A stretch of DNA of 64,000 nucleotides from contig JAHQJS010000004.1 in NCBI GenBank assembly GCA_019057385.1, forward strand, positions 805,062 to 869,061. Direction: 5' to 3'. Positions 56,536-64,000 of the stretch are shown in pieces. A program made the position numbers and the translations under genes. Under the pieces are notes generated by a model, which saw only the letters and a program-made list of their open reading frames with translations, ran no database searches and was not told the origin of the DNA. The DNA is from Candidatus Borrarchaeum weybense. Lineage in GTDB: Archaea; Asgardarchaeota; Sifarchaeia; Borrarchaeales; Borrarchaeaceae. Positions within the stretch are counted from its first letter, which is position 1. The number at the start of each line of letters is the position of its first letter.

Positions 56536-57510
56536 ATGATGATGTCCGATAGTGCAAGTTATAAATCAAAATCTAAAAATTTATTCTCAAAAATCATTGA
56601 TCCACAGTATCTTTGGAAAACAATCAAAACTTTTGGAATAAAGGAATTTCTCCTGATTTGTGCATCAATTTCTGTCTTTGCAGTCCTTTTTATCTTTGTT
56701 TTTCTTTTCATAGAGGGTATTCAAGTATTCTTTGAAGTTAGCCCAATTGAATTCTTCTTTGGAACGACTTGGCGGCCAGCAGCTATTCCCAAATACAGAG
56801 CGTGGGGTATCGCTCCAATGATTATCGGCTCTCTAATGGTCTCTTTCGGTGCATTAGCCGTAGCCATTGTTTTCGGTATAATGGCGGCAATCTATATAGC
56901 TGAAGTTGCCCCTCCACAAATAAGAGATTTCGTAAAGCCGATAATAGAAATCCTTGCAGGAATTCCATCAGTTGTGTACGGATTTTTTGGTCTCGTAATT
57001 TTAGTTCCTTGGATTAGGGAAACATTCAATGTTGTTGTTGGTGAAACTGCATTCACTGGTTCGCTCATTTTATCGGTGATGATACTACCAACGATTGTAA
57101 GTGTTTCTGAAGATGCAATCTCAGCAGTTCCAAGACACCTTAAAGAGGGTTCTCTTGCATTAGGAGCAAATGAATTTCAAACACTTAAAGCGGTTGTTCT
57201 TCCTGCAGCATTATCTGGGATTCTAGCAGCGATAGTTTTGGCTTTTGGAAGAGCGATTGGCGAAACAATGGCTGTCTTAATGGTTACAGGTGGTTCTCCA
57301 ATAATTCCATCTCCATTTTGGAATTACTTAAGCCCGGTGAGAGTAATGACGGCATCTATTGCGGCAGAAATGGGAGAAGCAGTCCAAGGTGGCACACATT
57401 ATCATGCACTTTTTGCTATTGGAATTGTTTTATTTGCCATCACATTTGTTCTTAATAATGTTTCCCGGAGAGTTGTTCGAAAACGAATAAAGATGCTTAA
57501 AAGACTTTAG
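56536..57510 (+). CDS. pstC: Phosphate ABC permease
   Basis: LAGIPSVVYG, GRAIGETMAV. Confidence 0.95.
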   Translation: MMMSDSASYKSKSKNLFSKIIDPQYLWKTIKTFGIKEFLLICASISVFAVLFIFVFLFIEGIQVFFEVSPIEFFFGTTWRPAAIPKYRAWGIAPMIIGSLMVSFGALAVAIVFGIMAAIYIAEVAPPQIRDFVKPIIEILAGIPSVVYGFFGLVILVPWIRETFNVVVGETAFTGSLILSVMILPTIVSVSEDAISAVPRHLKEGSLALGANEFQTLKAVVLPAALSGILAAIVLAFGRAIGETMAVLMVTGGSPIIPSPFWNYLSPVRVMTASIAAEMGEAVQGGTHYHALFAIGIVLFAITFVLNNVSRRVVRKRIKMLKRL

Positions 57511-57527
57511 GAGGCTTAAACACAACA

Positions 57528-58391
57528 ATGCCACCACTTTCAGCAAACAAATACGTGCAAAAAATATTTTTCACCCTCACTGGAATCGCAGTCGTAATTA
57601 TTATGGGTGTATTATTCTTCCTACTGGGTTTAATATTCATTAGAGGTGCACCAGTTATCAATTTGGAATTTCTAACACAAGCGCCTAGAAAAGGCATGAC
57701 TGAAGGCGGAATCATGCCCGCTATTATTGGTACGCTGTTATTAGTAGCATTCGCAGTAGCATTCGCATTACCTGTAGGGCTATTTGGTGCTATCTATTTA
57801 GTGGAATATGCAAAGGAAGGACGAATTACAAGAATAATAAATGAAGCCATTGAAAACCTAAATGCAGTTCCATCCATTGTTTTCGGTCTTTTTGGATTAG
57901 CATTCTTTGTAACTTTCTTAGGATTTGGAAGGAGCATTCTTTCTGCTTCATTGACGCTTGCAATGATGATTTTACCCACAGTTATGGTGACTTCAGTAGA
58001 AGCTCTGAAGGCTATCCCTCAGAGTTTCAGGGAAGGAAGTTTGGCGCTGGGTGCGTCTAAATGGCGTACAATTCAAGATGTCGTCCTTCCAGAGGCATTT
58101 GCAGGGGTCTTAACAGGAGTGATACTTGCTATCGGACGTGTCGCCGGAGAAACTGCACCTATCCTGTTTACCGGCGTCGTATATTACAAATACGCTTTAC
58201 CCTCCTCACCGTTCGATCAAACTATGGCTTTAACATATCATTTATTTGTATTGGCAACTGAAAGCCCCGATATCGCAAAAACACGGCCAATACAATATGG
58301 AACTGCCTTAGTTTTAGTGGGGCTTGTTTTACTAGTAGATGCAACTGCCATCTATATTCGACGAAATATATTGAGCAAAAGAAGGTGGTAA
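57528..58391 (+). CDS. pstA: Phosphate ABC permease
   Basis: VPSIVFGLFG, GRVAGETAP. Confidence 0.95.
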   Translation: MPPLSANKYVQKIFFTLTGIAVVIIMGVLFFLLGLIFIRGAPVINLEFLTQAPRKGMTEGGIMPAIIGTLLLVAFAVAFALPVGLFGAIYLVEYAKEGRITRIINEAIENLNAVPSIVFGLFGLAFFVTFLGFGRSILSASLTLAMMILPTVMVTSVEALKAIPQSFREGSLALGASKWRTIQDVVLPEAFAGVLTGVILAIGRVAGETAPILFTGVVYYKYALPSSPFDQTMALTYHLFVLATESPDIAKTRPIQYGTALVLVGLVLLVDATAIYIRRNILSKRRW

Positions 58392-58394
58392 GAA

Positions 58395-59222
58395 ATGGAC
58401 GCTGTAGATTTCGAAACTAAAAGTGATGTCCTTGATTTAGTTCAATTACCTGAGAGTAGTATAGACGAAGAAGAAATTGTACTAGAAACGAAGAATCTAT
58501 CATTATGGTATGGGGATCTCAAGGTTTTACATAATATCTCACTCAAGGTTGTAAAAAATGCTGTGACTGCACTTATTGGACCCTCAGGGTCTGGAAAGTC
58601 CACTTTAATTCGCTGTTTCAATCGTATGAACGATCTAATTAATGGTGTACACATTGAGGGAACAGTTCTACTAGATGGTAATGATATTACTGAGCCAGAT
58701 GTAGATGTTATACAGTTAAGACGACAAGTTGGAATGATGTTTCAAAAGCCGAATCCGTTTCCAAAGTCGATCTATGATAACATCACCTATGGTCCAAAAG
58801 TTCATGGATTTAATGGAACTTTATACGATGAAATAGTGGAAAAAAATCTCAGACGCGCAGCGTTATGGGATGAAGTGCATGAGAGGCTAGAAGATAATGC
58901 TCTTGACTTATCAATTGGTCAACAACAGAGATTATGCTTAGCAAGAACGTTAGCCGTTAATCCTGAAATCATTCTCATGGATGAACCATGTTCTGCTCTT
59001 GATCCCATTTCAACAGCAAAAATCGAAGATTTAATCCAGGAACTGAAGGAAAACTATACAGTTATTATCGTAACTCACAATATGCAACAGGCAGCACGTG
59101 TAGCGGATTATACCGCCTTTATGTGCTTAGGGGAACTTGTTGAGTTTGGAGCTACTCTTCAAGTATTCGAAGCACCGAAATGCAAACAAACAGAGGATTA
59201 TGTTTGTGGACGTTTCGGCTAA
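58395..59222 (+). CDS. pstB: Phosphate ABC ATPase
   Basis: [33 protein letters not shown]. Confidence 0.96.
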   Translation: MDAVDFETKSDVLDLVQLPESSIDEEEIVLETKNLSLWYGDLKVLHNISLKVVKNAVTALIGPSGSGKSTLIRCFNRMNDLINGVHIEGTVLLDGNDITEPDVDVIQLRRQVGMMFQKPNPFPKSIYDNITYGPKVHGFNGTLYDEIVEKNLRRAALWDEVHERLEDNALDLSIGQQQRLCLARTLAVNPEIILMDEPCSALDPISTAKIEDLIQELKENYTVIIVTHNMQQAARVADYTAFMCLGELVEFGATLQVFEAPKCKQTEDYVCGRFG

Positions 59223-59288
59223 TACGTTCACTCATTCTAGCACATTATCTCTTTACTTTTTTTTTGAATATGCTTTAGTTTTAGTATT

Positions 59289-60290
59289 TCACATGTAATT
59301 CTGTGTTAATTCATCAATTCGTGACATCTCGTCTTTTGAAAGTTTAATGTGCATTGCACCAATATTCTGTTCCATTTGACTTGTCTTTGATGCACCTGGT
59401 ATAGTTACAACTACATCGCCATGAAAATTGATAAGCCAATTTAGAGATACTTGTGCGGGAGAAGCGTTATGGGCTTGAGCAATCTCTTCTAGAGCGTCAA
59501 TCAGTGGTTGGGTACGCTCTAGTTTCTTTTTTGGGCGAAGCCCAAAGCTCATCATTTTTCGCAATCTCCCGAGTTTTTTAATCAGAGACGGGTCCTCGTG
59601 GAACCTTCCAGTAAGCAATCCTTGCTCAAGAGGAGAGTACGCAATTATTGTTATACCTAGCTCTCTAGCAGTATCTAAGATATCATTCGTCTCAATTTTA
59701 CGATCAAGTAAGCTATATTTCACTTGATTGGAAACTAGCTGTAACTCGTGTTTTTCTTCAAGTATTTCGAACCCTCTTCTCATTTTACCTGCTGACCAAT
59801 TACTAACTCCTATTGAACGAATTTTGCCATCTTTAACCAAATCAGCCATTGCATCCATCATTCCTTTAGTCGATGCTAATGCAATAGATGCATGAATCTG
59901 ATGCAAATCAATTCCAAATCCGTCCAAATAATGTAGTCGTTTATCAATTGTTTTCCGAATTGAGTTCGCTCTTCTTGGAAATGGAAACCACTTAGTAGCA
60001 ATGACAACGTCACCGTTTTTCATGCCTGCCGCGTGAAGAGCATTTGCAAGATTTCGCTCTGACTTTCCAGCACCATAAGCCTCTGCCGTATCAAACCAGT
60101 TAATACCTCCATCAAGAGCAACTTTTACGATTTCGTTTATGATTTCGGGAGATAAAGAAGGCCAATATCGTCCACCAAATCCTCCTGATCCCCCTGAAAA
60201 TTGCCAGCAACCTAGACCGATTTTAGTGATTTCAATTTCTGATTTTCCGAGATTTACTTTGTTGATTTGATTCATTTTAGTCACAACCAT
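59289..60290 (-). CDS. Aldo/keto reductase
   Basis: GLGCWQ, FDTAEAYG, IATK, IGVSN, AYSPL. Confidence 0.93.
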   Translation of the reverse strand: MVVTKMNQINKVNLGKSEIEITKIGLGCWQFSGGSGGFGGRYWPSLSPEIINEIVKVALDGGINWFDTAEAYGAGKSERNLANALHAAGMKNGDVVIATKWFPFPRRANSIRKTIDKRLHYLDGFGIDLHQIHASIALASTKGMMDAMADLVKDGKIRSIGVSNWSAGKMRRGFEILEEKHELQLVSNQVKYSLLDRKIETNDILDTARELGITIIAYSPLEQGLLTGRFHEDPSLIKKLGRLRKMMSFGLRPKKKLERTQPLIDALEEIAQAHNASPAQVSLNWLINFHGDVVVTIPGASKTSQMEQNIGAMHIKLSKDEMSRIDELTQNYM

Positions 60291-60291
60291 A

Positions 60292-61056
60292 CTAATGAAG
60301 AATAATTTTGTCTTTATCTTTGAGATATTCTGGAACTATTGAGATAACATTTTTCACAGAAAAAATCACGTCGTCACCAAATCCCTTTGAATAAAGATTT
60401 CTTGCATGTGAGGAGTTTATGGCAGCAAAATGCTCCAAACCTTCAACGAATTTCATATCTTCCTTAAGGAAATCATCAAGAATACATCCTTCATTCTCTA
60501 GAATTTTGGCAATTAGTGAGGCTGCTGCTAAATCTTCTCTAGCTTTAAGTTCCGATGGACCACCTGAAAGAACCATAACTATATTACGTTTCATCCTTTT
60601 TGCTTCCTTTAAAGATGTATAAGCAACTGCATTCGCATTTACTATAGCTCCTATAAAAATTCGAGCTGCTGCCTTGGCTTTTGATAGTCCCTTTGGAAAA
60701 TTTGTGGACGAGAAAATTATGATTTTTCCTACAATTCTATTTCTTGCTGATTCTAGATCATTCCTGTATGGAGAATTGCCGAGGTCAAAATCCTCGATCC
60801 GTTCCATGTTCCTTTCTCCAACAAGAAGAGCATCTGGAAATTTTGTTTCTTTTACATTTCTTGCTTCTTCAGGAGTGATCCGTACGTGAATTTCTTTTGC
60901 ACCATTTTTTAGAAGGACAATACAGTTAGTTGTAGCCCTCAATACATCAATAACTATAGCAACATTATTTTTGATTTGTTCAGGATCGACTGGTTTTATC
61001 TGATCGCTTTCTCGCCTCCATACAAGAAATACTCGCGGATTTTCAGAGATCGACAT
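60292..61056 (-). CDS. comB: 2-phosphosulfolactate phosphatase family protein
   Basis: VIDVLRATT, GER, FDLGNSP, STN, EDL. Confidence 0.85.
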   Translation of the reverse strand: MSISENPRVFLVWRRESDQIKPVDPEQIKNNVAIVIDVLRATTNCIVLLKNGAKEIHVRITPEEARNVKETKFPDALLVGERNMERIEDFDLGNSPYRNDLESARNRIVGKIIIFSSTNFPKGLSKAKAAARIFIGAIVNANAVAYTSLKEAKRMKRNIVMVLSGGPSELKAREDLAAASLIAKILENEGCILDDFLKEDMKFVEGLEHFAAINSSHARNLYSKGFGDDVIFSVKNVISIVPEYLKDKDKIILH

Positions 61057-61095
61057 TGTTGTACATCCTTAAGCATAGGATCTTGTTAGTCTGGC

Positions 61096-61947
61096 TCAGA
61101 GTTTTAGAATAGTCCCTGTATTAAATAATTTAAATCCTTCCAAATTGTCAGAAAAGATTTTTTGTGCAAGAAAGCCCGTGCAGTGGCATGGTGCGAGTAC
61201 TGTTGGATTCAAGGCGTTTAGAATCTCTAAAACCGCTTTTATAGTTTCTGGGTCACTTTCTACTAAATGAAAGCCTCCGATAACTCCAATGATTTCTTCA
61301 CGATTTGTAAGTTTTTGTGAATGGAAGATTGTATTTACGATTCCTGAGTGTGCACAACCAGCTATTATGACAAGTCCTTCCTTCATATTAACTATCAGAG
61401 CTTGATCGTCAAGTAATTCATCTTTCACAAGCATATCGTTTTTCTTGGTTAAAAGTTTGTTTGATAATGATGAAATTGAGGTTCGATTAATTTCCCCAGT
61501 TGTGCATGCTGACGGCGCAATTTTTACTGGAGTCTCAGATAATGTTAGGATTCCTGTGTGCTGAAGATCATCTTTGGAAAATGGAACCCCGATATATCTT
61601 AAACGTGCATGCTTTGAGTATTTCTTATCAAACATATTAGGATGTCCAATAATAGGAATTTTTTTTGGTATCTTTCGCAGGATATCTAAGAGTGCCCCAG
61701 TATGGTCATAATGGCCGTGGGAGATTACTATGGCATCAATTTCTGTTAAATCAATTTTAAGCCGTTGAACATTATTAAAAAATGCGAAAGTAGATTGACC
61801 TGCGTCCATTAGAATCTTTGTCGTGTTATCCTCCAAGATAATCTCGATTAACATGGAAAGCCCATGCTCTGCATAAAACCCCGGTTTATTTGAAGTATTT
61901 TCGACAATAGCTGTTATTGTGACCTCATCAGCAGGTTCTAGTTCCAT
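61096..61947 (-). CDS. MBL-fold metallo-hydrolase (COG1237-like)
   Basis: AEHGLS, SHGHYDHTG, DDQAL, GCAHSG, GGFHL, PCHCTG. Confidence 0.9.
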   Translation of the reverse strand: MELEPADEVTITAIVENTSNKPGFYAEHGLSMLIEIILEDNTTKILMDAGQSTFAFFNNVQRLKIDLTEIDAIVISHGHYDHTGALLDILRKIPKKIPIIGHPNMFDKKYSKHARLRYIGVPFSKDDLQHTGILTLSETPVKIAPSACTTGEINRTSISSLSNKLLTKKNDMLVKDELLDDQALIVNMKEGLVIIAGCAHSGIVNTIFHSQKLTNREEIIGVIGGFHLVESDPETIKAVLEILNALNPTVLAPCHCTGFLAQKIFSDNLEGFKLFNTGTILKL

Positions 61948-62117
61948 AAAAATTTCCTCCTGAACCTAGTAAGATAACTTTGTCTTATGGTGAAATAACG
62001 AGTTTATAAAAATGAGGCTTGTCAACAATTGCGTGAAAGTACTGTTTCACGTAATGACAGTCTATCTAAAAATGAATCATAAAAAACTTCTTCGAATAAT
62101 ATAAAAAAAGGGGTAGG

Positions 62118-62804
62118 TTAAGGGAAAATTACTCCAACTAATCCTGCAATCGCTAGACCAAAACCAACGGCTACCCCTGCAAATATTAAGCCAAAGATTA
62201 TGAATGCAAAGATATTTGCTAATATGGAAACTCCTGTAGTTGTATCAGCAACCTCTCTGAATGATAGTACATTGCTAATAAATAATAGAAGACCAATGAT
62301 TAGACCGCCTCCTACAGCGATTACAGCAACTTCGACGCCACCACCACCGACTGCAGTATATATTAGCGCTATGAAGAGAATAACATACAGGAATGCGTGT
62401 GAAAATGCAAATCCAGTAACTCTTAGGACCTGTATACCTTGAATGCCTTTGGATCCTACAAACTTACCCATTAGAAAAAGTACGAAAACCCAGATTATAA
62501 ATGGGACAAATACGAAGAAAATGGACGCCACAATGAATATAAGAATTCCCGTAGCAATTTCGATTGGGGTACCTCCAATTGTCCAGGGACCGTAAATAAA
62601 CCAGAGTGGAAGTAAAGCAATAGTTCCAATGACTAACAAGACGACCTCGATTAGAAAAGGCATAAGAACTGATTGAGTGGTTGCGGCAGGGTCATCCTTG
62701 ACTTCGCTATATACACTTTTATCAAGTTTCATTGCACGTAAAATGCGCTCAGACATTTTTCTGATTGTTTCTCCAGTTGTCATTTTCATCCTCCAAAATT
62801 TCAA
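62118..62804 (-). CDS. Yip1-family membrane protein
   Basis: RAMKLDKSVYSEVKDDPAAT; paralogue of 23497..24213. Confidence 0.75.
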   Translation of the reverse strand: MKFWRMKMTTGETIRKMSERILRAMKLDKSVYSEVKDDPAATTQSVLMPFLIEVVLLVIGTIALLPLWFIYGPWTIGGTPIEIATGILIFIVASIFFVFVPFIIWVFVLFLMGKFVGSKGIQGIQVLRVTGFAFSHAFLYVILFIALIYTAVGGGGVEVAVIAVGGGLIIGLLLFISNVLSFREVADTTTGVSILANIFAFIIFGLIFAGVAVGFGLAIAGLVGVIFP

Positions 62805-62875
62805 ATAAACTTGATGTAGGGTGTTTATTTTCTTTGTAGTATAAAAATATAGTTTGTTGTCGAGGAAAGGATTCT

Positions 62876-64000
62876 TCAGTTACTGAAATCACGAGACTGA
62901 TTATTAATAGGGATTACTACATGAAAGATGCTTCCTTTGCCGATACTACTTTCCGCCCAAATTAAACCACCGTGCATTTTAACATATTCTTTTGTGATGG
63001 CCAGACCTAGACCTGTACGTTCAAACTTAGATTGAAAATCAGCTGATACTGATAGATCAACAACATGAAACGGTTGAAATATCTTATCAATATCTTTTTC
63101 CATGATTCCGATCCCCGTATCCTTCACCATAACATGAATGGTCTCGCCTTCTTTCATTAATCTGATTGTAATTTTGCCTCCGTTAGGCGTGTATTTGACA
63201 GCGTTGGAGAGTAAGTTATTGAAGATTGTTCTCATAATTACGATATCCATGTAAATTAAAGGTAACGGCTCAGGAGTAATAAGGTCAAGCATATGTCCAT
63301 GTTTTCTTGCTAATGGCAAGATATCTTTGATAACTTGGACAACTACACTTTCAAGAGAACCTAATTCAGGTTCTAATTTTTTCGTACCAGCTTCAAGTCG
63401 TGAATAATCAAGGAAATTATTAACAAGCACTGTTAGTCTTTCAGCACTATCTGCAATAATTTCTATCCTACTCCTAATTGCCTTATGAAGATCTAAATTT
63501 TTGCTTTTCATTTCTAGAAGATCAACATTTACTTTCAAAGCACTTAATGGTGTACGCAGTTCGTGAGCTGCAGTATTAATAAATTTTGATTGTATCTGAT
63601 CAACTTTTTTCCTCAAAGTAATATCGCGGATTATTGCCATCAAAGCAGCTCTACCCTTATAGTCAATTACACTGACATTTAATTCAACAGGTATCTTTCT
63701 CCCATTCTTTGCAAGAATCTCTATTTCATATCTATTTAGTACTCCTTCACCAGACATCCTTCTTTTATACCTATTTAATACTAATTCTCTGTATTCTGGA
63801 GCAACAAAATCAATAAATTGTTTCCCAAGAGCTTCATCTCTTGAAAAGCCAGTAAGTTCGATCATCTTTGTATTTACAAATTTTAGTTCTTTATCTTGAA
63901 CAATACAAATTCCATCGTTTCCTTTTTCCACAAGCGTTGAATATTTTTTCTCCGATTCTTTTAACGCTTCTTCAGTCAACTTGTATTCAGTTATATCTTT
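62876..64000 (-). CDS. PAS-domain sensor histidine kinase (5' end outside window)
   Basis: Frame open to the window edge (KDITEY...); PAS domain, AHELRTPL, NLLSNAVKY, DTGIG, GLGL. Confidence 0.93.
   Translation of the reverse strand, partial: KDITEYKLTEEALKESEKKYSTLVEKGNDGICIVQDKELKFVNTKMIELTGFSRDEALGKQFIDFVAPEYRELVLNRYKRRMSGEGVLNRYEIEILAKNGRKIPVELNVSVIDYKGRAALMAIIRDITLRKKVDQIQSKFINTAAHELRTPLSALKVNVDLLEMKSKNLDLHKAIRSRIEIIADSAERLTVLVNNFLDYSRLEAGTKKLEPELGSLESVVVQVIKDILPLARKHGHMLDLITPEPLPLIYMDIVIMRTIFNNLLSNAVKYTPNGGKITIRLMKEGETIHVMVKDTGIGIMEKDIDKIFQPFHVVDLSVSADFQSKFERTGLGLAITKEYVKMHGGLIWAESSIGKGSIFHVVIPINNQSRDFSN

Noticed and set aside
60292-61947. comB, FmdE and mtmB as evidence of methanogenesis
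   Set aside because: These families are widespread in non-methanogens, and no mcr, mtr or other com genes are in the window.

Overview
AT-rich archaeal DNA, most likely from an Asgard archaeon. This is inferred from a Rab-like GTPase, several longin/DENN-like proteins, archaeal MAT, SUI1, NreA and AbrB-PhoU. The window holds housekeeping and transport genes (guaB, ECF transporter, two MacB/FtsX-type ABC systems, pstSCAB-phoU, mat, comB), a pyrrolysine-free MtmB/corrinoid module, an orphan N6A methyltransferase and a rich IS200/IS605 landscape. That landscape comprises an intact IscB with its omegaRNA, two protein-less omegaRNA-bearing mini-elements, several 36-42 bp palindromic mini-elements and a TnpB-related RuvC gene. 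Strongest candidates for undescribed biology: (1) a tightly packed operon of four related coiled-coil/HTH proteins, a Swt1-type HEPN RNase and a TnpB-related protein, the last two in frame across a single TAG; (2) an unannotated 18-aa Cys-rich micropeptide with its own promoter, RBS and terminator behind two NikR-like operators; (3) stand-alone omegaRNAs and an IscB element that rebuilds the host RBS it interrupted; (4) longin-cDENN and NPRL2-like architectures. No tRNA, rRNA or CRISPR array was seen. All family assignments are by motif recognition, not database search.
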